Shown here: piece after piece, positions 1-26,927 of the stretch
Numbering within the stretch: position 1 is the stretch's first letter
Layout: each line of letters begins with the position of its first letter
Assembly: GCF_009914755.1 (NCBI RefSeq)
Contig: NC_060939.1
Source of the DNA: the human T2T-CHM13v2.0 reference genome, Homo sapiens
Length of the DNA: 64,000 nucleotides
Reading direction: 5' to 3' (one strand)
The notes under the pieces: model-generated
What the model was told of the DNA's origin: nothing
Databases searched by the model: none
What the model saw: the letters and a program-made list of their open reading frames with translations, nothing else
Translations under genes and position numbers: made by a program

Positions 1-802
1 TGGCAGCAGGGAAGTCACTGGTGACCCGAATAACAGCAGTTTCATTTGAGTGATGGGGATTTAGAGTACAGTGGGTTAACGAGCGTCCCGGAGAAGCAGA
101 AATGACGAGGGCAGACAACTCTCCCATGAATGTTCCTTATTCAGGTGAACAGAGAAACGACTCAACAGCTAAAGGGGAATATGGGGTCAAGGAAGAACAT
201 TTTAGGGATGATACAAGTGGGAATAATCCAGAGAGGGGAAATTCCTAAAATGCATCTCTACCACTGCTCTGGTAGGGTTTCGATTCTGGCAACAGTAAGT
301 ACTCTGATATTAAATAGGTACAAGGAGACACTGTCAGTCTGAGGGCCTTGCTGAGGAATTGGAAATAACTGCTGATTGGAATTTGCTTTTATGGTAAATG
401 AGGCAGATGGGGTGGAAAGGCAGCAATGTCAATGACGTGTGGATAAAAAGAAATGCATTCACTTGATAGGCCCTAATCTGTTTAATAATAAATGACTGGG
501 GAGACATAAATATAATTTGCATCATCTTTATGAGAAAACACTGAATCTGCTCAACTGGAGTAAGACTACTGTACAGTCTCTAAATCAGTTTTACTAGAAT
601 AAGATAATTCTAGTCTTTTACCTCTCCATTATCTTACATTTATGTTTTTTATAAGACAAAATTTCAATTCCTTTTGTATTTTCACAACTTTAGGCAAATT
701 CTGAGATACATCTTCAAATATTAAAAATGAGAATTTATCATTCTAACCTCCTAAGAAAAAAACTTACTTTTTCCACTTTAGTAAAATAAAATATATACTT
801 AC

Positions 803-841
803 TCTGAATAATATTTCTTCATTCCACTTTGGATTCAAACT
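803..841 (-). CDS. NEDD4: NEDD4 exon 4 (SLNPKWNEEILFR), C2 domain
   Basis: TTTTTAG acceptor, 39 nt, donor GTAAGT; 96-nt intron (842-937) from exon 3; carries the C2 LNPxWNE motif. The gene continues beyond the left edge. Confidence 0.95.
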
Positions 842-937
842 CTAAAAAATAATAAACATAGTATAACTAAATAAGGTTTTGTCTTATAAAAATAAAACAA
901 AGTACATTAAAAACTTTTGAATATTGCTAAGTCTAAC

Positions 938-1016
938 CTTTTTAATGGTTTTTGTTTGCACACTTGTAAGAACTCCATTCATTGGGTCATATAACGTCAC
1001 TCTCACGTAAGGATCA
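938..1016 (-). CDS. NEDD4: NEDD4 exon 3 (S-DPYVRVTLYDPMNGVLTSVQTKTIKK), C2 domain
   Basis: T16-AACAG acceptor; 79 nt TGATCCTTAC...ATTAAAAAG; donor GTTAGA; completes the AG|T Ser codon from exon 2. Confidence 0.96.
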
Positions 1017-1472
1017 CTGTTAAAAAAAAAAAAAAAAGAAAGAAAAATTTTAATTATTGCTTACCCCAAGCTCAGATTACCCAGACTATAAAATTCACAG
1101 TTTTCCTTGTTAGTTATATCTACAATTATTTCCTGAATTTAAAAGTCAGGATTCTTAGGCAGGTAAGCAATTAAAGTAATTTTTGCATCTCGTTAAAAAC
1201 CTGAAGTACCATGTTAGTGAAAGACACAAAGAACTAGAAAGAAAACCTTTTAATCACAGGCCTAATGATTATAAGCTTCCTAGATTTTTAAAATTTTGTT
1301 TGATTTTTATTACATTCTTTCTTCTTTTGAGATAAGATGGTTAATTCAATGATTCTGACGCTGGTTTTGTAAGACTTCAGGTTGTCTCAAGTTATCTCAT
1401 GGGTGTAAACTCTTCTTATAAAGTAAAGGCAAACTGCTTTCACTTAAAAAAAAAAAAACAAAAACTAGGTGT

Positions 1473-1788
<316 letters not shown>

Positions 1789-2361
1789 CTAGGTGTTATG
1801 TAACCACTTCTACAAGGAGCATGGAGAAGGAAATTCTTGTGATATATAGGGTTGTAAACCACAAGACTTTGGACACTTTACTTGTCCATTGTTAAATTTC
1901 TCCTGTTTTCCTCGGGTATCCAAAGTACTCACCATTCTCCACGAAGTACCCTCCAAACTAATCCAAACTATCCTTCCCCCAACTCCATTTCCTCATACCA
2001 CGTTACCTCTTAATTGGCCAAACTCGAAGGCACCAGAACACTCGCAACATACTGGTATTTATCAGAATCCATCCTTACCCCTAACCTAGTGAGTCAGGAG
2101 TCCTCTTGTTTTGAGTCTCATCCCCCTTGTTCAGTTCTCTGAACTTTGGAGCCTTGCGTCATCTGTTCTCACTGCTCTCTTTTAGACCTTTGGCTTTTTC
2201 TTTGATCTAGGTTTCTCTAGGCATATAAATGTTTTTAAACTCCTCCTCCCCTTGACTTTCCCTCCCTTCTCCAGCAAAGCAAAATACATCCTTTTCTTCC
2301 ATTCCCAGTCAAACCTTTTCAGAGGCAGTTTTTAATAATAAAAACAAGAACACTTATATAG

Positions 2362-5580
<3,219 letters not shown>

Positions 5581-6982
5581 TAGTAGGTGTATGTATTTAT
5601 GGGGTACATGAGATTACCCATTCATTTGACAATGGACATTTAGGTTGTTTCCAGATATATGTCTAAAGATACTTTTTCCCAATCTATGGCTTGCATTTTC
5701 CGTAACCTTGTTTCTTAAAGAAGAAAAGTTTTAATTGTGTTGAAGTTCCTTTCAACATTTTTCTTTTATGGCTCATCCTTTTTGGTACTGTTCACGTAAA
5801 CTTTGTGTAACCCAATAGAGCAAAGATTTTTTTCCTATGTGTTCCTATAGAAGTTTTATCATTTTAGCTCATACTAATTTTCTGTATGATGTGTGGTAAG
5901 GACCAAGATTCATTTCATTCTATACAGACCAGTTGTTCTAGTACTGTGTACTGAAAGACTACCCTTTCCCTTGAATTACCTCAGCATTTTTTGTTAAACA
6001 GGAGCTGATCATATATATGTGTATATATTCTCTCTCTCGCTCTCTCACACACACATGTGCATGTATTTTTACACTCTCCATTCCACTGAACAATATATCT
6101 ATTCTCATGCCACTGCCACTCTGTCTTATTATAACTGTGTAGCAAGTCTTGAAATGGGGTAATGTAAGTCTTCCAATTTTGTTCTTTTTTGAAATTGTTT
6201 TGGCTATTCTATGTGCCTTGACTTTCCATACAAATATTGAAATCAGCTTATCAATTTCTCTGAAAAAACTTGCTGAGATTTTTATTGGGATTGTGCCAAA
6301 TCTAATCAATTTGGAGAAAAATGCCACCCTAACACTATTGAGTCTTCTAATGAAAACAGCATATGTATCCATTGATTTATGTTGTCTTCGACTTCTCTCA
6401 GCACTGTTTTATAGTTTTCAGTGTCCATTTATTACAAATCTTTTGTTGTATTTATTTCTAAATATTTAACTTTTATACAATTGTAAACACGTTTTTAAAT
6501 TGTATTTTCCAATGGCTCAATGATAGGATACAGAAATATAACTGATTTTGGGTTATACAAACACTGACTTTGCATTTTGTGGTGGTGGTAAATTCATTTA
6601 TTAGTTCTTCCAGTAGTTTTTTCTGTAGATTCCTTGGGGCTTTCTACGTACAAACCATGTTGTCTGCAAATAAAGACAGTTTTACTTCTTCCTTTTTGAC
6701 TGTGTGATTTTTTTTTCTTTGCCATACTACATGGCTAAAATATATAGTACAATGTTGGATAGAACATGAAAGCAGACAACTTTGCCTTATTCCTGAGTTA
6801 AGTAGAGGGGCTTCAAACTGCCACCATTAAGTAGGTGGTTAGCTACTGGGTTTTTTCATAGATACCCCTGATGAGGTTTAGGACATTTCCATCTATTCCT
6901 AGTTTGCAGAGAGTGTCTATTATGAATGGGTGTTGAATTTTGTCAGTTGTGTTTTCTGCTTTTATTAAGATGACTGTCTTCT

Positions 6983-7551
6983 CAGTGTGGCGATTCCTCA
7001 AGGATCTAGAACTAGAAATACCATTTGACCCAGCGATCCCATTACTGGGTATATACCCAAAGGATTATAAATCATGCTGCTATAAAGACACATGCACATG
7101 TATGTTTATTACGGCACTATTCACAATAGCAAAGACTTGGAACCAACCCAAATGTCCATCAATGATAGACTGGATTAAGAAAATGTGGCACATATATACC
7201 ATGGAATACTATGCAGCCATAAAAAAGGATGAGTTCATGTCCTTTGCAGGGACATGGGTGAAGCTGGAAACCATCATTCTAAGCAAACTATCACACGGAC
7301 AGAAAACCAAACACCGCATGTTCTCACTCATAGGTGGGAACTGAACAATAACACCTGGACACAGGGTGGGGAACATCACACACCAGGGCCTGTCGTGGAG
7401 TGGGGGAAGGGGTGAGGGATAGCATTAGGAGATATACCTAATGTAAACGATGAGTTGATGGGTGCAGCACACCAACATGGCATATGTATACATGTGTAAC
7501 AAACCTGCACATTGTGCACATGTACCCTAGAACTTAACGTATAATAAAAAA
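6983..7551 (+). mobile_element. 5'-truncated L1PA (about L1PA5 age) 3' end
   Basis: ORF2 C-terminus ([17 protein letters not shown]...MFSLIGGN), 3'UTR and A tail; 16-bp TSD AAGATGACTGTCTTCT at 6967-6982 and 7552-7567. Confidence 0.88.
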
Positions 7552-8059
7552 AAGATGACTGTCTTCTTTTATTCTATTAATACAGTGTATTACATCAGTT
7601 AATTTTCAGATGTTAAGCCACCTTTGTATTTTATGTTAGTTTGCTGAGAGGTTTTATCATGACTGGGTGTTACATTTTGTCAAAGGCACATTCCATGCCA
7701 AGTGAAATGACCATGTGTTTTTTCTACTTTACTGTATTAATACAATGAATTGTATTAATTAATTTTTTTAATGTTGAACAAACCTTGCATTTGTAGGAAA
7801 AATCCTAAGTGGTGATATATTGCTACATAATGTTTAATTTCATTTTTGCATCTATGTTGACAGATATTGGTTTTAAGTTTTCTTGTGATGTCTGTGTCTG
7901 GTTTGGGGATCAAGATAATATTAGCCTAATAAAATGAGTTGGGAAATGCCCTCCATTTTCTGAACGTGTTTGTGTAGAATTTTTATTTTTTTTTCCCTAA
8001 ATGTCTGATAGCTGCATCCAGTGATATCATGTGGGCCTGGAGTTTTCTTTGTGGGAAGG

Positions 8060-8122
8060 ACAAATTCAATTTAATTAACAACAAATTCAATTTCTTTTAA
8101 CAACAAATTCAATTTCTTTCAA
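8060..8122. repeat. ~22-bp tandem repeat x3 inside L1
   Basis: ACAAATTCAATTT recurs at 8060, 8081 and 8103. Confidence 0.8.
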
Positions 8123-9317
8123 TAATAAACATCTATTAAAGTTTTGTATTTGTTCTGTGGCTAGTTCTGAAATCTGTGTCTTTCAAGAATATTATCTACT
8201 TCACTAAATTGTGTGTACTTCTTTACTGATACAAAATTGTACAAAATGTTTTCTTTTTATCTTTTTCATTTCCACAGGGTCTATAGCAATGCCCCAGTTT
8301 TATTCTCATTACCAGTAATTAGTGCCTTCTCTCTAACTCTTGATCATTCTAGCTAGAGGTTTAAAACTTTAATTGATGTCTTCAAATAACAAGCTTTTGA
8401 TTACAATAATTTTTTTTCTACCATTGTCCACTTTCTCTTTCACTGATTTTGGCCCTTGTCTTTATTATTTCTTCCCTCTACTTATTTTAGAATTCATTCG
8501 CTCTTCTTTTTCTAATTTATTAAGGTCAGAACTCAAAACATTCATTTATATCTTGCTCCTTTTCTAAGTTAAGCATTTTAAAGACATAAACTTCCCTCTG
8601 AATATAACTTTAGCTGCATTCCACAATTGTGATATTGCTGTATTTTCATTTTCATTCAGTTCAAAATGTTTTCTTCTTTGACATATAGATTATTTAGAAG
8701 TATACTAATTAAATTCCAAATATCTGCAGTTTTTCTAGATCTTAATATTATTGGTTTCCAATTGAATTCCACTGTTCTCAAAGAACATCCTCTATATGAT
8801 TTCAATCTTTTGAAAACCTCTGAAACTTGTCCTATGGACCCACACATGGTCTATCTTGATTAACGTACCATGTGCATTTCAAAAGAATGTGGTTTATTGT
8901 TTCAAGGCCCAGAATATTGTGGCATCCAGACACTAGGGCAGCTCCTATTATCCCCACCTCCTAATATTCATGTTCTTTGTGTTCCTCTCCTCTTAAGCAT
9001 GGGACAGATCTATATATTCTAACCAACAGATTATGGCAAATGTGACAAAAAGTATGTGATTACATTACATAAGATTGTAATCCATCTTGCTAGGAGACTC
9101 TTGCTAGCTTTGAAGAAGCAAACTGGCAGCTTGTGAGCTGCTGAATGGCAAGAAGCTGAGACGGCCTCCAGCTGACAGCTAGTAAGAAATGGAAACGCTC
9201 AGACTGGCAGCATGCAAGGAACTGAATGCCACCAGCAACCACATTAGCTTGGAAGTGAATCCTTCCCTAAGCAAGCCTCAGCTAAGACCACAGCCCTACC
9301 AATACCTTAATGACAGC

Positions 9318-10778
9318 TGAAGTGAATTCCTATAATTTTATGTTGCCTCAGCATCCATAATGAATGTTAAGTTGGACATTTTTATACCAGAAGCAGGTCT
9401 TAGTCACCCTTAGCACAGTTTCCAGTTCTCTACCTCCTCTCAGCTCCTCAATGTGGTCAATCCAGATAACTACCTTACACAACTGCCTCCTGGTAACCAT
9501 CTCCCTAAGAAACAACCAGATTCAACCTACTTGACTTGCTCCACTGACCCCATACCCCCAAAGGACTGCAGAAATAAGCCACAGTAACCACCTCTCTGTG
9601 ATGGGTAATATTGAGTGTCAACTTCATTAGACTGAAGGATGCAAAGTATTGTTCCTAGGTGTGTCTGTGAGGGTGTTGCCAAAGGAGATTAACATTTGAA
9701 TCAGTGGACTGGGAGAGGCAGACACACCCTCAATCTGGGTGGGCACCATCTAATCAGCTGCCAGGGCAGCTAGAATAAAGCAGGCAGAACGTGGAAGGAC
9801 TTGACTTGCTGAGTCTTCTGGCCTTCATCTTTCTCTCGTGCTGGATGCTTCCTGCCCTCGAACATCAGACTCCAAGTTCTTCAGCTTTTGGACTCTTGGA
9901 CTTACACCAGTGATATGCTAGGGGCTCTTGTACCTTCAGCCACAGACTGAAGGCTGCATTGTTGGCTTTCCTATTTTTGAGGTTTTGGGACTCGGACTGG
10001 CTTCCTTGCTCCGCAGCTTGCAGATGGCCAATAGTGGGACATCACTTTGTGATCATGTGAGTCAATTCTCCTACTAAATTCCCCTTCATATATATATCTA
10101 TCCTATTAGTTCTGTCCCCCTAGAGAACCCTAATACTGATTTCTCAGACACAGCATGACTCCATGAAATTTATGCCTACTTGCTCTAAACCCACCAATTA
10201 CAACTCCCTGAGGGAAACCTGCTTGGAAAATGCCCTGGACCCCAGTAAAAGCCTCAGCCCACAGGTCACTTGTACTCTTTGCCCTGTTCCCCACCCACTA
10301 GTTGACTGTGCATGTCCTAGATGGCTCCCCACTTCCTGTTGGCCCTGGGAGGCATGCTGCCCTCTTCTCTCTGGCATCTGTAAGTAATAAACTGCTGTTA
10401 TTTCTTGTGTTTTGTTGAGTTGCCTCCCGTGTCTCACCTGACTGATACACTCGACCCTAACTTGTTTGTCAGGATTCTCCTAGAGAGTGGCTATCTGCTA
10501 TTTTGGTAGGAACAAACTGGACACAGACAAGAGCTATAAGAGCATCTGCCAGGATATGCAAGTTTGCTGTGAGAGGGACATCTGGTCATAGGTCAGACAC
10601 TTAGGCATGAGGGCACTTGCCTAAGAATACCCATGAAAGGCACACTGTAAACATCTATGTCCAAATTCCTAGAGTCTCATCAGGGCAGGGCTAGAGTTTA
10701 CAGCCACTCTCATGTGAGAGACTTCAAGACTGCAAAATTAGAAAAAATTAGAAAAAAAGTAGAAAAAAAAATACAACA
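9318..10778. mobile_element. Solo ERV LTR (family not assigned) nested in the MLT1
   Basis: TG...CA termini, ~5-bp TSD (A/G)CAGC, AATAAA near 10386; itself split by the MLT2A element. Confidence 0.6.
9597..10140 (+). mobile_element. MLT2A-type (ERVL) solo LTR
   Basis: TGTGATGGGTAATATTGAGTGTCAACT...TAGTTCTGTCCCCCTAGAGAACCCTAATAC matches MLT2A consensus blocks. Confidence 0.85.
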
Positions 10779-10816
10779 GCAGCTTTCCAAGACCCTGTAG
10801 CAGAGGACCCAGTTAA

Positions 10817-11131
<315 letters not shown>

Positions 11132-11234
11132 TGATCCGCCCGCCTCAGCCTCCCAAAGTGCTGGGATTACAGATGTGAGCCACCGCGCCTGGCCAGTTTG
11201 TGGTAATATTATTATGAAGCAATAAACTAATACA

Positions 11235-14060
<2,826 letters not shown>

Positions 14061-14075
14061 CTGAATTTTGCTGCT

Positions 14076-14110
<35 letters not shown>

Positions 14111-14119
14111 TTTGCTGCT

Positions 14120-14151
<32 letters not shown>

Positions 14152-14160
14152 TGCTTATCA

Positions 14161-14572
14161 TTCTATGGTTTGGATATTTGTATCCTTCAAACCGCATGTT
14201 GAAATTTGATTTCCAATGTGGGAATATTGAAAGATGGGTCTCGGTTGGAGGTATTAGGGTCATGGGAGCAAATCCCTCCTGAATAGATTAATGCCCTCCC
14301 TCGGAAGTGAGTGAGTTCTCATTCTATTTGTTCCTCTCGATTTGTCAAAAAGAGGCTGGCACACCTCCCCCTTGCTTCCACTCTTGCTATGTGATTTCTT
14401 TGTGTACGCTAGGTCCCCTTCCCGTTTCTGTCATGACTTGAAGCAGCCTGAGGCCCTCACTAGATGCAAAGGCCCAGTCTTGAACTTTCCACTCACCAAA
14501 TCAACCTCTTTTCTTTACAAAATACACAGTCTTAGGAATTCTGTTATAGCAACACTAAACATAATAAGACTA
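14161..14572 (+). mobile_element. MST-type MaLR LTR
   Basis: CTATGGTTTGGATATTTG...TTCTGTTATAGCAACACTAAAC termini. Confidence 0.75.
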
Positions 14573-15884
14573 TCATGCAACTAATCATCCTGTTTGGACA
14601 AGAGCCACAAATCCTGTTTTTGGTTGTTTGTTTTTTGAGACACGGTCTCACTTTGTCACCCAGGCTGGAGTGCATTGGCACAATCTTGTCTCACTGCAGC
14701 AGCCTCAACCACCCAGACTCAAGCAATCCTCCTGACTCAGTCACCCATGTAGCCAGGAGTACAGGCATGCGCCACCATGCCCAGCTGATTTTTTGTACTT
14801 TTTGTAGAGACAGGTTTCACCATATTGCCCAGGCTGGTCTCAAACTCCTGAGCTCAAGCAACCTGTCTGCCTCAGTCTCCCAAACCCCGTTTCTTAGGCA
14901 GTGACTGTGATCTCTGTTCAGATCTTTTGTCTTCAGATGAGTTGCTGAGCTCTTCAGCTCTCTCTCTTCCAGAATCCTTACCACTGCCATGTTTTCTTCA
15001 GATTCAGAGATTCAGTAAATCAACAATTGGAAATATTATTCTACTTTCCACAACAACTTACTAATACTATTTGGTATGTATGTATGTATGTATGTATGTA
15101 TGCATGCATGTTTGTATGTATTTTTGTTTTTGAGACAGAGGCTCACTCTGTTGCCCAGGCTAGAGTGCAGTGGCACAATCTTGGCTCGCTGCAACCTCCG
15201 CCTCCTGGGTTCAAGCGATTTCTGGATAATTTTTGTATTTTTAGTAGAGACAGGGTTTCACCATGTTGGTCAGGCTGGTCTCAAACTCCTGACCCTCAAC
15301 TGATCCGCCTGCCTCGGCCTCCCAAATTACTAAGATTACAGGCATGAGCCACCATGCCTGGCCCTATTTGATTTTTAATTGAACCAAAGTTTGGATTCTG
15401 CTATGTTCCCAGGCCATGAAGACTACAATTTTTCCAGGTTCTGATTCTACCTGCCCTCAGACCAATTCATAGTATCAGGAACTCACTCAGTACAATTCCC
15501 TTCTTCCAAACATGAACTCCCCACCAGAATCTGCCTGCTCTGTTCACTCTCCACTGCCTTCAGGTTGCTGCTTTTTGTATTAAGTCCAGAGTTTATGGTT
15601 GTTATCTGCTAAAGGATTAGTCTGTTAGAATTTTGCAAATTTCCAGAAGCAGAGCTCAATAATGTATCTTGTGACTATTGCTATCATTTGTACTTCTGCC
15701 TAATTTCACAAATTTAGTAATTCAGATACCAAGAGATTTAGTAAACCACCAACTGGTAATATTATTATTATACTTTCCACAACAATTTACTAATACTATT
15801 TGATTTCTAATTTAACCAAAGTTTGGAAAAAACTAATTAACAAATGCAAAGTTTTAAAATTATAATCCAAATAGATATACTTAC

Positions 15885-15958
15885 CTAGCTCCCAATATAT
15901 CCTTCTTGGCAAGGCCTATTCCGGCTATAACTCTTACTCTCACAATTCGTGAATTTTC
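15885..15958 (-). CDS. NEDD4: NEDD4 exon 2 (ENSRIVRVRVIAGIGLAKKDILGA-S), C2 domain start
   Basis: Acceptor TTTTAG (AG at 15960-15959); 74 nt GAAAATTCA...GGAGCTAG; donor GTAAGT; phase 0 to phase 2, in frame with exons 1 and 3. Confidence 0.96.
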
Positions 15959-16099
15959 CTAAAATACAAAAATTTAGATTTCATTTTCATGTACTTATAA
16001 GTTAACTAAGACACAATTTTTTTAAAAATATATATCAAATAAAGTAATTAGGATATTAAAATTAATTGAAGAATCTTTTTCAATAATTAATTTTATTAA

Positions 16100-16851
16100 A
16101 AGTTACACGGGAAAAAAAGAAAATTATTTGTAGATGACCTGATTATTTACAAAGATAAGCAAAAACTTGAGTCAACTTATTACACTGAATAAGAATTTAT
16201 CGCTGCGCTCAAGAAAATCTAAAGCCAAAGTATTGCAACTAATAGGAATTTCCAATTATTGCTATATATGTACACAAAATCGAAAGTTCATAACCATTTG
16301 GCTTTTGGTTTTTTTTTGAGACAGAGTCTCACTCTGTTGCCCAGGCTGGAGTGCAGTGGTGTGATCCTGGCTCACTGTAACCTCTGCCTCCCGGTTCAAG
16401 CGATTCTCATGCCTCAACCTCCTGAGTAGCTGAGATTACAGGCATGCGCCACCATGCCCAGATAATTTTTCTATTTTTAGTAGAGACAGGGTTTCACCAT
16501 TGGCTGGGCTGGTCTCGAACTCCTGACCTCAGGTGATCTGCCTGCCTCAGCCTCCTAAAATGTTGAGATTTACAGGTGTGAGACACTGCACCCAGCCCAT
16601 AATAATTTGTAATAACTACTTAGAAAAGGTTATTTTTTTAAATCCCATTCAACAGACAACAGAGTATATAATAATGTGTGGCTATTATAATGTATCAAAT
16701 ATTAAATATCTTTGATATGATGGCATAGAGGTTTTATAAAGAGTGTCTTAGATTTAAGAGACACATATTGAAGTGCTTAGGAATAAAGTATCATAAAGCT
16801 TGCAACTTATTTTCAAATAACTTAGCAAATAAAAAACTGAACATAACTATG

Positions 16852-16904
<53 letters not shown>

Positions 16905-18260
16905 TGTATACAAATAAAGGGGAATAAGCGAAACGTTACCAATTTGTGGATCTAGTTCTTGGGTATACAGGTGTACACTGTACTACTTATATTACTCTTT
17001 TAATGGTTCTGTAGGTTTGAAATTGTTCAAAATAAAAAGGTAAGAAAATATTATAAAACATGTATATTTTTTAAAAAATTCACAAGTTACAAAACTATTA
17101 GAACAGAAATAAAATTAATAAGAAATATAAAAAAACTTCATAGATAACATTATAAAATATTGCCAGTTATGCCGGCACACACCTATTATCACAGCACTTT
17201 GGGTGGCCAACGTGAGAGAATTGCTTGAGCCCAGGAGTTCAAGACCAGCATAGGCAATATAACAAGACCCCATCCCTCCAAAAAATAAGCCAGGCATGAT
17301 AACTTGTGTCTGTAATCCCAGCTACTAGAGAGGGTGAGGCAGGAGGATTGCCTGAATTTGAGGTAACAGTGAGCTATGAACACCACTGCACTCCAGCCTG
17401 GGTGACAGAGCAAGACCTTATTTTAAAAAATTTATAAAATATTGAAGAATGTAAAGAAGCCTTCAATAAATGGAGAAATCCACTATGTTTACGTGTGAAA
17501 ATATTTAATATTATTATCTTTTTTCTCCAAAGTAATCTATAAATTTAATACTATTCCCATTCTCCCTTCAAATTTTTTCATGGATCTTTACAAATAATTC
17601 CAAAATTCATAGAGAGGAGTAAAAATGAGTAAAGAAGTAAACAATAACATTCAATCACTATCTTATACTAAAACATAAAACCAAATTCCAGATAAAGTCT
17701 AAAAGTGAAAAGAAATTTTTAAAAGTTCATTTAAAATTTTAGAATAGTTCTTTAGCATGTGGAAAGATTTAAAAAATACAATCTTAATAGCAAAAATTAT
17801 TAAATTCCACAATAATAAAATTATATACCTTTAGTATGAGAAAAAATATCATGTGCAAAATGAAAAAAACAAGGGGATATTTTAGATACTTCTTCCTGTA
17901 GACATATCTAAAATATCTACAGAAGTATCTAAAATATACATCATTGAGACAAATGATAATTATCCAGAATATGTGAATAACTCCTAAAAATCAATATGTA
18001 AGATATAATTAACCTAGTACAAGATACCATATAGAATGGCTAAGACATACATGAAAAGATAATCTCACCGGTCAGCAGAAAGAGTTCTAAATGCACTGTT
18101 GGTGGGAGTGTAAATTGATGGATCATTCTAAAGAGATGTTTGACATGCTTACTAAAGTTCTAAAATAAAAACCCAGGAACTGTATTTTTAGATGTTTCCC
18201 TAGATAAATGTACATCTATGTACACAAGGACTTAAGTACAACAGTATTTACAGGAGCATT
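16100..18260 (+). mobile_element. Very old L1M fragments
   Basis: Degenerate ORF2/3'-end similarity (AATAAATGGAGA, CACTGTTGGTGGGAGTGTAAATTG); host of the 8-kb L1. Confidence 0.5.
16854..16908. repeat. (TG)n microsatellite
   Basis: More than 20 TG units. Other dinucleotide STRs lie at 30216-30249, 35193-35230 and 46892-46932. Confidence 0.95.
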
Positions 18261-18280
18261 TTTTAAGATCAACAAATATG

Positions 18281-26385
<8,105 letters not shown>

Positions 26386-26599
26386 AAGATCAACAAATAT
26401 GAAATATTATAGCACAAGAGATAGCAAATTAACTGATTCTATTCTAAAATGATTCCACTGGCAAGCAGTAGCTTGTATGCCTTTCTCAGAAGAAGTCTGA
26501 GTGGGAGAAAATATGCATATCATAGATTATTTATTTTAACCTTCTTTCTTCTAAAGACTTACAAACATCCCTGTTCCAGGAGGCCTCGCTAAATAAGAT

Positions 26600-26927
26600 A
26601 GTCATGGCTGCAGAATGATATTTTGGCCAATGATGGACAGCATATATGATGGTGGTCCCATAAAATACCACATTTTTACTTTTCCTTTTCTATGTTTTGG
26701 TACACAATATTTACATTGTATTACTAATGCATACAGTATTCAGTACAGTATCATGCTGTAAAGGTTTGTAGACTAGGAAGAATAGGCTATATCACACAGC
26801 CTAGGTGTGTAGTAGGCTATACTTTCTAGGTTTGTGTAACTACACTCTATGACATTTGCACAATGATGAAATTGCCTAATGACACATTTCTCAGAATGTA
26901 TCCGTTGTTAAGCAATGCATGACTGTA
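26600..26927. mobile_element. Tigger3/MER7-type DNA transposon
   Basis: AGTCATG...GCATGACTGTA termini; internal GCCTAGGTGTGTAGTAGGCTATAC block. Confidence 0.75.
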
